A stretch of DNA of 64,000 nucleotides, from contig JAXGOI010000001.1 of NCBI GenBank assembly GCA_040767605.1, forward strand, positions 824,213 through 888,212, in the 5' to 3' direction. Below the pieces are notes generated by a model. That model saw nothing but the letters and a program-made list of their open reading frames with translations. It was not told where the DNA came from and made no database searches. This DNA is from Clostridiales bacterium. Lineage in GTDB: Bacteria; Bacillota; Dehalobacteriia; UBA4068. Made by a program: the position numbers and the translations under genes. This document shows positions 41,360 through 51,218 of the stretch, piece by piece (position 1 is the first letter of the stretch; every line of letters begins with the position of its first letter).

Positions 41360-43213
41360 TTAATATCTTAATTTATACCGCAAAAGACGCATTCCGTTTA
41401 GAATAACCGCTAATATACTCCCCTCATGCACCAGCATACCAATGGACATATTCATCCAATCGCTTAAAAATACACTTGCGAGAAGAATAATTACAACACC
41501 TACGGCAATAAAAATATTTTGCCACATATTAAGGGCCGTGGCCTTTGTAAGCCCCAAAGCATGGGGAAGGCGGCTGAAATCGGAATTCATTAAAACTATA
41601 TCCGATGTTTCAATGGCAATATCGGTGCCGCTGCCCATGGCAATCCCAATTTGGGCCAGGGCAAGGGAGGGGCTGTCATTTACTCCGTCTCCCACAAAGG
41701 CAATAATATGGCCCCGGGCTTTTTTGGCCTCAATATAGGCGGCCTTATCTTCCGGCAGCATATGGCCATGGGCCTCTGTTAACCCCAATTCCCCGGCAAC
41801 TAAATCAACCGTAGCTTGATTATCCCCGGAAAGCAGCACCAGCTCTTTAACGCCCAGCCTTTTTAGCTTTAAAAGATCCTCCTTCACCCCCCGGCGAATT
41901 TGATCCCGAATACCCATTAAGGCTTTTAATTGGCCGTCAACCGCCGTAAGAACCAGGGAATTGCCCTTTTTTTCAAAAGACTTTATATCGCAGCGGGCCT
42001 TTTCGCTTAAAAACACATTTTCTTTTTCCATTAAGGCGGCATTGCCTACGGCAATTCTATGGCCATCAACTAAAGAGATAATCCCGCCGCCCTTAATTAC
42101 ATCGGTTTTTTCAACTTTATATAATTTTATATCCCCGATATATTCCGTTACTGCTTTAGCCAGGGGATGATCCGATTCCCTCTCTACGCTGGCAAGATAA
42201 GCCAATACCTCCTGGGTATTATCCGTATAAAATTCGCTGTCGGCTACTTTGGGGTTCCCTATGGTAAGGGTGCCCGTTTTATCAAAAACAAATATATCCG
42301 CCCTACTGAAATCATTTATAACCTCGCTGCCCTTTAAAAGAACGCCATGGCGGGCCCCATTGCCAATACCCGCCACATTAGAAACCGGCACCCCAATTAC
42401 CAAAGCCCCGGGGCAGCCTAAAACCAGTATGGTAATGGCTAATTCTATATTTTTTGAAATCAGCCAAACAATAAAGCCTAAAATTAAAACCGCCGGGGTA
42501 TAGTATTTGGAGAACCTGTCAATAAAGCGCTCCGCCTGAGATTTTGAATCCTGCGCTTCCTCTACCAGCTCAATTATTTTGCCGAAGGTAGTGTCTTCCC
42601 CTACCCGGTCTGCAATAATCTGAAGTGTGCCGTTTTCCAGGATTGTTCCGGCATATACCCCTGAATTTTGCCTTTTTCTTACCGGCACGGCCTCCCCGGT
42701 AATGCTGGCCTCATTAATATAGCCCTCCCCGCTTAAAACCCGGCCGTCCACAGGGATTTTAGCGCCGGTTTTTACCAGTAAAATATCCCCCGCTTTAACC
42801 TCATCCACGGCAACCTCTGTAAATTCGCCGCCGGGCATTTGCTTTAAGGCATTTTCCGGGGCCATTTCCGTCAGCTCCTTTATGGCGGATCTGGTTTTAT
42901 TTAATGTGCGCTGCTCTAAAAAAGCGCCGAATAAAAAAAGAAAGGTAACAATGGCGGATTCTTCCAGATTCTTAATAAAAAATGCACCCATAACAGCAAT
43001 AGTAACTAAAACATCTATACTTACAACTTTAATTTTTAATGCCTGATAGGCCTGAATAGCTATGGGAGCAGCCCCTATAATAGAGGCGCAGGCAAAGGCA
43101 ATAATAGCCGCAATTTCATTTTTAAAAGCCAGCTTACTAATAAAACCGGCCGTAATTAAAATTGCCCCCACCAAGGCAATTTGGTTTTTTTTGCTTAAAA
43201 TAAACCTTTTCAA
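41360..43213 (-). CDS. Heavy-metal P1B-type ATPase with CPG/HEGS motifs
   Basis: ITGE, GCPGAL, DKTGTLT, SDHP, GDGVND, HEGS. Confidence 0.93.
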   Translation of the reverse strand: MKRFILSKKNQIALVGAILITAGFISKLAFKNEIAAIIAFACASIIGAAPIAIQAYQALKIKVVSIDVLVTIAVMGAFFIKNLEESAIVTFLFLFGAFLEQRTLNKTRSAIKELTEMAPENALKQMPGGEFTEVAVDEVKAGDILLVKTGAKIPVDGRVLSGEGYINEASITGEAVPVRKRQNSGVYAGTILENGTLQIIADRVGEDTTFGKIIELVEEAQDSKSQAERFIDRFSKYYTPAVLILGFIVWLISKNIELAITILVLGCPGALVIGVPVSNVAGIGNGARHGVLLKGSEVINDFSRADIFVFDKTGTLTIGNPKVADSEFYTDNTQEVLAYLASVERESDHPLAKAVTEYIGDIKLYKVEKTDVIKGGGIISLVDGHRIAVGNAALMEKENVFLSEKARCDIKSFEKKGNSLVLTAVDGQLKALMGIRDQIRRGVKEDLLKLKRLGVKELVLLSGDNQATVDLVAGELGLTEAHGHMLPEDKAAYIEAKKARGHIIAFVGDGVNDSPSLALAQIGIAMGSGTDIAIETSDIVLMNSDFSRLPHALGLTKATALNMWQNIFIAVGVVIILLASVFLSDWMNMSIGMLVHEGSILAVILNGMRLLRYKLRY

Positions 43214-43259
43214 GACCTTACCCCTCTCCCGCTAAATTATTATAACAAAGCCCGGCTAT

Positions 43260-43562
43260 TTAAGGGCGGTAGGCCTTATCCAATTCAAAAAGCATTTTAT
43301 AAACGGCCTCATAACTTTCGCAAACATCATCGGGTACGGTATAATTATCCGTTAATTCCTCTAGTTTATTAAATTCCTCATTTAATTCCGGCCTGTTTTT
43401 GCCGGCCGCTTGTATTTTCAGCGCCATTTCCTCAAATAAGGCGCGAATTTTATGGAATTTTGGATGGCTTTTGCCATGGACTTTATCTACAACGGGTATA
43501 TATTGCTTTAATGTTTTAAAATGCTTTTCTAATACTTCATTAAAAAGTAAATTATTTGCCAT
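43260..43562 (-). CDS. Short Ric/ScdA-like iron-sulfur repair di-iron protein
   Basis: VDKVHGKSHP and LTDNYTVPDDVCESY resemble Ric segments. Confidence 0.7.
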   Translation of the reverse strand: MANNLLFNEVLEKHFKTLKQYIPVVDKVHGKSHPKFHKIRALFEEMALKIQAAGKNRPELNEEFNKLEELTDNYTVPDDVCESYEAVYKMLFELDKAYRP

Positions 43563-43580
43563 TTTTATTTCTCTCCAATG

Positions 43581-43636
43581 GTTTTATTTTAAGGGTTTTC
43601 TTTCAAGAGTTTTATTTCAAGGGTTTTATTTAATGG
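43581..43636. repeat. 14-bp tandem repeat x4 (gttttatttcaagg)
   Basis: Fills the hemerythrin-ric spacer. Confidence 0.75.
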
Positions 43637-44176
43637 CTATTCCGGGGTAAAAGCCTCTTCCCAGGTATCAATCATAGCATGGAGCTTCTCATGTATACCG
43701 TGACCAATGGCTTTCTCCTCATGGTCTTCAAATAATTCAAAAAGCAAATTTTGCTCTTTTTCATCCAGCAATTTATCCGCCGGAATAAAAAGCTCTTCCT
43801 CTTCCTTTTTAATATGCCGCCGCAATAAACCCCGGTATAAGGCGGCGTATTTATTAAACTCCCCTATCTCCTGGTTTTCAAGGCTCCGGCTCATCTTTGA
43901 GAGGTATTCCCTGCTTTGAGTATGTTCTTCTAGCATTTGGCTAATAATTGCAGATAAATTAGGATTCTCCTTATTTAAAATTTCTTTAAATAAGTACTTC
44001 TCCTCCTTGCCATGATGGCATTTATCGGCAAATATATTGAGGAAATAAATAATTTCCTCATAGTAGGCAAGCAGGGCTTTGGAATCCTTTTGGGATTGAA
44101 GCATTTTATCCAGTATTTTAAGAACAAAAAGAATAGATTTATGCTCGTTTTGAAGATCCTGTATAGCTTTCCCCAT
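43637..44176 (-). CDS. Hemerythrin (HHE) domain protein
   Basis: NEH, DKCHHGKEE, EEH, HIKKEE. Confidence 0.9.
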   Translation of the reverse strand: MGKAIQDLQNEHKSILFVLKILDKMLQSQKDSKALLAYYEEIIYFLNIFADKCHHGKEEKYLFKEILNKENPNLSAIISQMLEEHTQSREYLSKMSRSLENQEIGEFNKYAALYRGLLRRHIKKEEEELFIPADKLLDEKEQNLLFELFEDHEEKAIGHGIHEKLHAMIDTWEEAFTPE

Positions 44177-44263
44177 TTTCAGCCCCCCTATTTTTATTTA
44201 AAATTAACCAGCCTTTAAAAACAGTATATATTTTAAGTGTAGCATAAAAAAGCGGCTCTGTAT

Positions 44264-44277
44264 GTTGTATTTACAAC
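44264..44277. promoter_or_regulatory. Putative Crp/Fnr operator
   Basis: GTTGT-ATTT-ACAAC palindrome upstream of the hemerythrin gene; same geometry as 45048-45061. Confidence 0.6.
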
Positions 44278-44339
44278 GGATTAAAACAGCTCAAGAACCT
44301 TGTGAGAAGAAGGCAGTAGGCCTTCTTCCGCCTTCCCTC

Positions 44340-45032
44340 TTAAGCCTTACCATTACTATTTGTGTATGGCCGGAGAAAAAACTTTTTTAAGAGCCTTACA
44401 GATTTTGCATCATAATCAATGAGGCCTTCCTCTTTCATTTTTGTAAACTCTCTGGAGAGGGATGTTCTTTGAACACCAATTCTCTCTGCCAGGGCCTTTT
44501 TTGTCATACTTAATAAAATAATATTTGAACCCTGCTTTTCCCTTTCATAATCCAGGTAGCTTATAATACTTTCTCTTATTGTCCTCCGCATATAATGTTT
44601 TATTTTATCCCCTAAAATTAGGGTATTATCAGATATACATGCAAGATAATTACTTAAAAAGGCCTGATTCCCCCTAAGCAGCTTAAAAAGACAATCCTTA
44701 TTAATCTCTAAAATTACCGTATCCCGGTCTGCGATAACCATAAGGGGGTAAGAGGGGTTTTTTGAGAAAATAAGATTCCCCCCGAGAATATCCCCGCTAA
44801 AGAACTCCCCTATTACCATTAAATTGCCGTTTTCATCAATCCTCTGTACGGTCACCTTCCCCATGAGTATAATCTCTATTTTTAGGCAAACCTCGCCGGA
44901 GAAATGGATAATATTATTTTTACCGTATTGAATTATTTTAAAACTCCCCCGGTTTAAACAGGCTTTTATATCTTGGGCCTCAAGGGGTTTTAAAAAATCG
45001 ATGCACTCTATTAATTTTAAATAACTTTTCAT
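44340..45032 (-). CDS. Crp/Fnr family regulator (HcpR-like)
   Basis: cNMP-binding-like domain and HTH LAERIGVQRTSLSRE. Confidence 0.9.
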   Translation of the reverse strand: MKSYLKLIECIDFLKPLEAQDIKACLNRGSFKIIQYGKNNIIHFSGEVCLKIEIILMGKVTVQRIDENGNLMVIGEFFSGDILGGNLIFSKNPSYPLMVIADRDTVILEINKDCLFKLLRGNQAFLSNYLACISDNTLILGDKIKHYMRRTIRESIISYLDYEREKQGSNIILLSMTKKALAERIGVQRTSLSREFTKMKEEGLIDYDAKSVRLLKKFFLRPYTNSNGKA

Positions 45033-45042
45033 ATAACTCCCT

Positions 45043-45066
45043 AAAGTGTTGCATTGGTAACACTTT
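45043..45066. promoter_or_regulatory. Putative Crp/Fnr operator in the divergent promoter region
   Basis: AAAGTGTT-GCATTGGT-AACACTTT perfect 8-bp inverted repeat. Confidence 0.65.
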
Positions 45067-45117
45067 TTTACTTATTTTAGCATTATAATAAATATATCTC
45101 AATAGGGAGGCATTATT

Positions 45118-45738
45118 ATGAAATATATAACGAGTACAATACGGCTTCTTTTTTTGGCACTTTTTATTTTTCTGATGATAAAGGGGAAAATAATGCTTTG
45201 GCTTGCCTTATATGGCCTAAGCCTTATGGCCGCTTTAATCTTTGGCAGGATCTACTGCGGATATATCTGCCCGATGAATACATTGATGATACCGGTAGAT
45301 AAGCTTGGGCAAAAACTAAAAACCCAGATTGCAAATACGCCAAAATGGCTTAAAAACGGCTATTTCCCCTGGGTTACCCTTATTCTTAGCATAGCATTAA
45401 TTTTAATCTCAAGAAAGCTCTTAAATATTAATTTGCCTATATTACCTCTTTGGCTCATTATTGCCCTTATTATAACCCTTAAATATAAACCGGCGGTATT
45501 TCACAACCTTATTTGCCCCTTCAGCGCTTTACAAAAGCTCTTTGGGCGCTTTGCCCGGCTGGGGAAGAAAGTTAATAAAGATGCCTGTATCGGCTGTAAA
45601 TTATGTGAGGGTGTCTGCCCGTCTAATGCTATTATTGTTCTCCCTGAAGATAAAAAAGCCGTAATCGACAGCAAATTATGCCATCAATGCCAAAATTGCC
45701 GGGAGGTTTGCCCCCAGGGGGCTATTGGGCACCCCTAA
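45118..45738 (+). CDS. Membrane 4Fe-4S binding protein (NapH-like polyferredoxin)
   Basis: GRIYCGYICP, CIGCKLCEGVCP, CHQCQNCREVCP. Confidence 0.88.
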   Translation: MKYITSTIRLLFLALFIFLMIKGKIMLWLALYGLSLMAALIFGRIYCGYICPMNTLMIPVDKLGQKLKTQIANTPKWLKNGYFPWVTLILSIALILISRKLLNINLPILPLWLIIALIITLKYKPAVFHNLICPFSALQKLFGRFARLGKKVNKDACIGCKLCEGVCPSNAIIVLPEDKKAVIDSKLCHQCQNCREVCPQGAIGHP

Positions 45739-45789
45739 GCAAAAGCCTAAAGCTGCCAAATATTAGCGCTTTTTTAAACTAAAAATATA

Positions 45790-45844
45790 TTGACAAATAC
45801 TATTTTTTTATTTATACTGTTAATATATCAAATAATTTTGATAT
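45790..45844 (+). promoter_or_regulatory. SigA promoter plus ArsR operator
   Basis: TTGACA-N17-TATACT followed by ATATCAA-N6-TTGATAT (45825-45844). Confidence 0.75.
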
Positions 45845-45855
45845 GAGGTGAGAGC

Positions 45856-46167
45856 TTGGAAAAAGATTATAGCCAAAATGCCAAAATATTTAAAGCCTTT
45901 TGCGATGAAAAACGCCTGCAAATACTGAATTTATTATGCGGCGGGGAGAAATGTGCCTGTGTTTTACTGGAGCAGCTGGATTTAGGGCAATCGGGGCTTT
46001 CCTACCATATGAAGGTTTTAGTGGAATCCGGAATAGTTATCAGCCGCCAGGAGGGCAAATGGACTCATTATAAAATCAGCAAAAAGGGCAGCGCCTATGC
46101 TCTTACCCTCCTTAAAGAATTAACAAATGCCAATACCTTTATTAAAGAGGATAATTACCCCTGTTAA
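45856..46167 (+). CDS. ArsR/SmtB family regulator
   Basis: FKAFCDEKRL, EKCAC, QSGLSYHMK, GKWTHY. Confidence 0.92.
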   Translation: MEKDYSQNAKIFKAFCDEKRLQILNLLCGGEKCACVLLEQLDLGQSGLSYHMKVLVESGIVISRQEGKWTHYKISKKGSAYALTLLKELTNANTFIKEDNYPC

Positions 46168-46227
46168 AGAAGATAATCGCCCCATATAGTAAAAGCCATC
46201 GTAGTGATGGCTTTTATTAGGGGCTAT

Positions 46228-46247
46228 ATATCAATAAAACTTGATAT
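46228..46247. promoter_or_regulatory. Second ArsR operator
   Basis: ATATCAA-TAAAAC-TTGATAT upstream of the permease gene. Confidence 0.7.
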
Positions 46248-46278
46248 GATATTAATTTGAGGAAAGAAGGTTTTCTTT

Positions 46279-47292
46279 ATGCAAATAATAAAATCGGGCT
46301 GGGGGTTTTTCCAAAACCAGCTTTTAGGAATGAAGTGGCTGAATACCCTTATCGGCAAAGCCTTAACCGCCTTGGGGCTGGATATTTCCGGCTCTCTGGG
46401 GGGGAGTATTCACTTTTTTATTTACGATATTCTAAAAATTACCGCCTTATTATGTATTCTGATTTTTATTATAAGCTATGTACAAAGCTATTTCCCCCCG
46501 GAGCGCAGCAAAAAAATATTAGGCCGCTTTAGGGGTATTTGGGCAAATTCCATTGCTGCCCTTTTAGGGACTGTAACCCCGTTTTGCTCCTGCTCCTCCA
46601 TACCGATATTTATCGGTTTTACCTCCGCCGGCCTGCCTTTGGGGATTACCTTCTCCTTTCTTATATCCTCCCCAATGGTAGATTTAGGCTCCCTTATTCT
46701 TTTAATGAGCATATTCGGGGCAAAAATTGCCTTTTTATATATAATCTTCGGGCTGATAGTTGCCGTAATTGGCGGCGCCATTATTGAAAAAGCCCATATG
46801 GAAAAATATATCGAAAGCTCTATTTTAAATTCCGGGAGCATAAATAAGGCCTCCCAAAATCTCACAAAAAAAGAGCGCCTTGTTTACGCCGAAAAAGAAA
46901 TGCTTGCTACATTTAAGGGGGTCTTGCCCTATATTTTAGCCGGGGTGGGCATAGGGGCGATTATCCATAACTGGATACCCGAGGCCTGGGTAATATCCCT
47001 TTTGGGGAGGAATAACCCCTTTGGCGTAATTTTGGCGGCGGCAATCGGGGTGCCTATGTATGCGGATATTTTCGGTACAATACCCATAGCCGAGGCTTTG
47101 CTTTATAAGGGGGCTCAGTTAGGCACGGTTTTAGCCTTTATGATGGGGGTAATTACTTTATCCCTGCCGTCTCTTATTATGCTCCGCAAGGCAATTAAGC
47201 CGAAGCTTATGGCCCTGTTTATTGCAGTTTGCTCTATTGGGATTATCCTTGTTGGTTATTTATTTAATATTTTAGAGCCCTTTATATTATAA
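46279..47292 (+). CDS. ArsP-like (DUF318) permease
   Basis: TPFCSCSSIP, FLISSP, GVPMY, LSLPS. Confidence 0.9.
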   Translation: MQIIKSGWGFFQNQLLGMKWLNTLIGKALTALGLDISGSLGGSIHFFIYDILKITALLCILIFIISYVQSYFPPERSKKILGRFRGIWANSIAALLGTVTPFCSCSSIPIFIGFTSAGLPLGITFSFLISSPMVDLGSLILLMSIFGAKIAFLYIIFGLIVAVIGGAIIEKAHMEKYIESSILNSGSINKASQNLTKKERLVYAEKEMLATFKGVLPYILAGVGIGAIIHNWIPEAWVISLLGRNNPFGVILAAAIGVPMYADIFGTIPIAEALLYKGAQLGTVLAFMMGVITLSLPSLIMLRKAIKPKLMALFIAVCSIGIILVGYLFNILEPFIL

Positions 47293-47357
47293 GGCATATT
47301 TATTATTAAAACGCCGGTTTATGCTTAAAATAACCGCAAAATAAGGCTAAAAACAAT

Positions 47358-47398
47358 AAAAAAAGCCGAGGCCCTTTAAAAGAGCCCCGGCTTTTTTT
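47358..47398. terminator. Bidirectional terminator
   Basis: AAAAAAAGCCG...CGGCTTTTTTT between the permease and nagB. Confidence 0.7.
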
Positions 47399-47417
47399 AA
47401 AAATCTAAAAGATATTT

Positions 47418-48185
47418 TCAGATATTTTTTAGTTTGGAGGCCGCTTCTTTATCTAAAATCACATAGCTTTCTCCTTTAAAAAGCTGAATAGCGGAGGCTG
47501 TAATATCCGTAGTTACGCTGCCTTCCAAAGCTTTGGCAATTATATCTGCCTTTTTTATTCCATTAGCCAGCATAATCAGGCTTTTGGCCTCAAGAATAGT
47601 GCCGATACCCATGGTAATTGCAGAATGGGGCATACTCTCCCTTGGAATACCGGCAGCCTTATAAAAAGACTCATAATTATCATCCAGAGTTTGTTTGGTT
47701 AATCTTTCCACTCTGGTTCTAGAAGAGAGACTCGAGCCCGGCTCATTAAAGGCCCAGTGACCGTCGCCCCCTATACCTAAAAGTTGTAAATCTATACCCC
47801 CGGCCTTTTTTATTGCCTCCTCATAGCTTAGGCAAAACTCCTTCGGGTTTTTAGTAAGGCCATGGGGGATATGAATATTTTCCTCTTTAAGATTAATATG
47901 CTTAAAAAACTCCTCCTGCATAAATCTGGCATAGCTTTGATCCATTTCATAAGGCATTGCCATATTTTTGCCTATACCTAAATACTCATCCAGATTAAAT
48001 GTTTTTACCCTTGAAAAATCCAGCCCCTGCTTATGCATTTTAATTAATTCCCGGTAAGTTCCCATAGGGGTACTCCCCGTGGCCAGCCCCAGAACACAAT
48101 CGGGCTTGTTTTTAACCAGCTCCCCGATTTTTTCAGCCGCGGATTTGCTCATTGCCGAATAATCTTCTTTAATAATTATTTTCAT
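47418..48185 (-). CDS. nagB: Glucosamine-6-phosphate deaminase
   Basis: LGLATGSTP, FNLDEY, GIGGDGHWAFNEPG, TMGIGTI; ATG 48185 after AAGGAG. Confidence 0.95.
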   Translation of the reverse strand: MKIIIKEDYSAMSKSAAEKIGELVKNKPDCVLGLATGSTPMGTYRELIKMHKQGLDFSRVKTFNLDEYLGIGKNMAMPYEMDQSYARFMQEEFFKHINLKEENIHIPHGLTKNPKEFCLSYEEAIKKAGGIDLQLLGIGGDGHWAFNEPGSSLSSRTRVERLTKQTLDDNYESFYKAAGIPRESMPHSAITMGIGTILEAKSLIMLANGIKKADIIAKALEGSVTTDITASAIQLFKGESYVILDKEAASKLKNI

Positions 48186-48235
48186 CCGGATTCTCCTTAT
48201 AATAAGCATATTTATTCTTAATTATATTATATCAT

Positions 48236-48301
48236 AAATAAAACCGCCAGAAAAAATCTTCTCTATTCTAAAATTTTAGTAAAAAATAAAAATAAAGCCC
48301 G
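48236..48301. repeat. Direct repeat, left copy (partner at 59704-59764)
   Basis: aaccgccagaaaaaatcttctctattctaaaattttagtaaaaaa...ataaagcccg. Confidence 0.85.
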
Positions 48302-48565
48302 AGGAATAAAAGGTTCTTAAAAAATCTAACCCTCAAAAATTAATGCGTAAATAAATTTTTTGCCTTAATCCCGGGTTTTAATACCAAAAGACAAGAGCGG
48401 GGGATTGCTCTTGTCTTTGGGACTGCGTCTCAGTCTTAGGTAAAAGGTCTCCGGCTTCAGCTGGGATGAGCAGAAGAAGCCCTAGACCGGAACTTTAATT
48501 TTTTTGCTTAGCCCCTGATAAAGATCTGTTTTAGAGGAATTTAGGCTCTAATTATGGGCTTTTGC

Positions 48566-49864
48566 CTAGGCCTGCGCCCTGCCGCACCAGCGGACAATGG
48601 CATTGGTTAAAATTTTAATAGAAAGTATAAGCTGCTCAACTAAAATATACTCATTATTGCCATGGGCGTTTTGATCTATGGAGCCCGGCCCAAAGGCTAT
48701 AGCGGGAATACCCTGTTTATACAGGAAGCTGGCATCATTTACGGCGCTAAAACCCGAAAAAAGGGCGGGTTTTTGAGTTATTTCCTCATAGGCGCCGGCC
48801 AACGCCCGGCAAGCCGGGTGTTCCGGCTCGGTAATATACCCCGGCCAATCATAAAATATTTTAAATTCCGGGGGGTTGGCCTTAAGCCAATCATCCCGCT
48901 GAACCACCGAGTCTATTACATCCCGCACCTCCGCCTCCGCCTCGCTAAAGGGTACCCAGGGAGCATAGGAAAAGCAGCCCTGAACTTGCGCATGGCCGGG
49001 GACGGCTACAATATAATCTCCGGAACGGATTATGGCGGGGACAATGCAAAAAAGCCCCACCCCGCTTTTATCCTTGCCGGGGTAGCCTCCGCCGCCTAAA
49101 ACCCTGTCCCGCCAGCGAAAATTCCACTGAGTCTCTAAATCTTCAAGGGCATCAAGAATTTTTAAGGCTTTTTTAAAGGCATCCACCCCGATATCGCTTC
49201 CGGTTTTTATTCCGAAGGCCTGTGGGTATTTTATTTTATTGGCCTGCGCATTATGTACGGTTTTACCTTTTACATTTAATTCCCAGGCAACAGCCCCCGG
49301 GGATTTTGTATGAAGCTCGCAATCCGTAGGCTCCAGCACAATGGCAAAATCTCCCCGGTGGCCCCTCTTTACTGTTGCGGTGGTTCCTAATATATGCTCG
49401 CAGCGCTCCTCCCCCACAACAGATTCTAAGATTAAATCCCCCATTAGGGGAATATTATTTTCTTTTAAAGCCAGGGCGGCAAAATACATAGCCGTAAGCC
49501 CGCCCTTCATATCTGTTGCCCCTCTTCCGTAAATGGCCCCGTTTCTCAATTGGCCCTGCCAGGGGTCACTTTCCCATAGCTTTAAATCCTCGGGGCTTAC
49601 AGGCACAACATCACAATGGCCGTTAAGAATCAGGCTGGGGGCATTGCCTTTGCCTTTTACGGTGCATACTACATTCGGGCGCAGCTTATCTTTATCCTCC
49701 GCCCAAAAATCCACCCGGCCTAAAGCGGCCTCCTCGCATTTATTCCGAAACCATTCCTGAAAAGGCAGCTCCGCCCCGGTAACAGATTTTTGAGAAATAC
49801 CGTCGCAGCAAAAATTAATTATCTCCCGGCGGTTATCTTCAATCCATTTATATACCTTTTTCAT
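48566..49864 (-). CDS. M20A ArgE/DapE-family deacylase (YlmB-like)
   Basis: LILNGHCDVVP, GRGATDMKGG, GEE, FGPG..AHGNNE; ATG 49864 after GAGGAG. Confidence 0.88.
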   Translation of the reverse strand: MKKVYKWIEDNRREIINFCCDGISQKSVTGAELPFQEWFRNKCEEAALGRVDFWAEDKDKLRPNVVCTVKGKGNAPSLILNGHCDVVPVSPEDLKLWESDPWQGQLRNGAIYGRGATDMKGGLTAMYFAALALKENNIPLMGDLILESVVGEERCEHILGTTATVKRGHRGDFAIVLEPTDCELHTKSPGAVAWELNVKGKTVHNAQANKIKYPQAFGIKTGSDIGVDAFKKALKILDALEDLETQWNFRWRDRVLGGGGYPGKDKSGVGLFCIVPAIIRSGDYIVAVPGHAQVQGCFSYAPWVPFSEAEAEVRDVIDSVVQRDDWLKANPPEFKIFYDWPGYITEPEHPACRALAGAYEEITQKPALFSGFSAVNDASFLYKQGIPAIAFGPGSIDQNAHGNNEYILVEQLILSIKILTNAIVRWCGRAQA

Positions 49865-50004
49865 ATTCGCACTCCTCAAACCCCATAAGGGGCCCTCCTA
49901 AAGCGGCCAGGCCATAGGCAAAAGCCTGTGCATTAAACCTCTTTAAAGAAAGCCCCTTTTAGTTAGTGACGCTAATTAAAATATGCTTTAAATACTCTTA
50001 TAAC

Positions 50005-51171
50005 TTATTTTTTTACGGAAGAAATTGTGCCTTTTACAAACCAATCAATTTTATTATACACATCATCTTTACTGAGGTATTTGCCTTCTTCGCATTTAAG
50101 ATTGCCGTCGTTATCGTATATGGGCCCTTTGTAAACAATGGAGTACATATCGTCTGCGGCAAGCAGTTCAGCATAAACCTCTTCAAATTTATCTCTTACA
50201 TCCTGAGGAACATTTTTGGTGTATTCCTGGGGAATAGCAGCTTCGGTTTCCAAACCGGGGGAGTACATGGTAGGTACAAAGGTGCCGTCATAAATTCTCT
50301 GGAAGGTATCAATATAATATACTTCCCAGTTAAGGAATTCTCCGCCTAAGTAGCTATCCGGGCCAAAATCACGCTGGTCGGCATACTGGCTCATGGCATA
50401 AAGCCCTTTTTCCTGAGCTACCTGAACATGGGAAGGGGTATCGGTATTATTCCAGAGAACATCGCAGCCTGCCTCGGCCAGGCTGTAAGAAGCATCTGTT
50501 TCCGCTGCCGGATCATAGAATGTACCGATATAGATAACAGTCTGGGTAACATCGGGGTTAACGGACTGAGCCCCTAAGAGGAAGGAGTTCTGGCAAACTA
50601 ATACCAGGGGAATAGGATTGGAGCCGACAAAACCAATTTTATTGGTTTTAGTCATCATGCCTGCCATAACACCGTACATATACCAAAGAGAGGTTCTGTC
50701 CGGCCAGAAGGATTCAATATTAGAAGAAGAAATGGAGCCGGAGCAAAGCAAGAACATAGTATCGGGGTAATTGGGGGCAATTTTTTCAACATCAGACTGA
50801 TAAGCTGCGGTTGCAGCAACTACTACATCATATTTATCCTCGCCTAATTGAGTAAAAACCTGTTCTGCAGCTGTACCGGGGGTAACAGGCTCAATGTAAG
50901 TGGTGTCGATAATATCATTAAGGGTTTGCTGAGCCGTTTTACGGGCGGTTTCGTGGCGGTCGCACCAGCCGTCATCACCAACTGCGCCATTATAAACAAA
51001 AGCAATTTTTAATTTTTCTTTACCTGCGCCGCTATTGTCATTATCCCCGGGGTCCTGTGTATCCCCGGTGCTTGCATTTCCGCCGCAGGCGGCGAGGAAC
51101 AACGCTGAAGCAAGAAGCAGTACCACTAATAATCCCAACAGGGGGTAGGCGCCCTTTTTAGCTATCTTCAT
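50005..51171 (-). CDS. BMP-family ABC substrate-binding lipoprotein
   Basis: Lipobox LAAC; AFVY.G.VGDDGW; AGMMTKTNKIGFV. Confidence 0.9.
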   Translation of the reverse strand: MKIAKKGAYPLLGLLVVLLLASALFLAACGGNASTGDTQDPGDNDNSGAGKEKLKIAFVYNGAVGDDGWCDRHETARKTAQQTLNDIIDTTYIEPVTPGTAAEQVFTQLGEDKYDVVVAATAAYQSDVEKIAPNYPDTMFLLCSGSISSSNIESFWPDRTSLWYMYGVMAGMMTKTNKIGFVGSNPIPLVLVCQNSFLLGAQSVNPDVTQTVIYIGTFYDPAAETDASYSLAEAGCDVLWNNTDTPSHVQVAQEKGLYAMSQYADQRDFGPDSYLGGEFLNWEVYYIDTFQRIYDGTFVPTMYSPGLETEAAIPQEYTKNVPQDVRDKFEEVYAELLAADDMYSIVYKGPIYDNDGNLKCEEGKYLSKDDVYNKIDWFVKGTISSVKK

Positions 51172-51218
51172 TATATCAGCCTCTTTTCTTTTTTTTTATA
51201 TAAACGGGGTAAAGGAAC

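Noticed and set aside
48385-48495. glmS ribozyme upstream of nagB
   Set aside because: It lacks the AGCGCC...GACGAGG core; kept only as an unexplained structure
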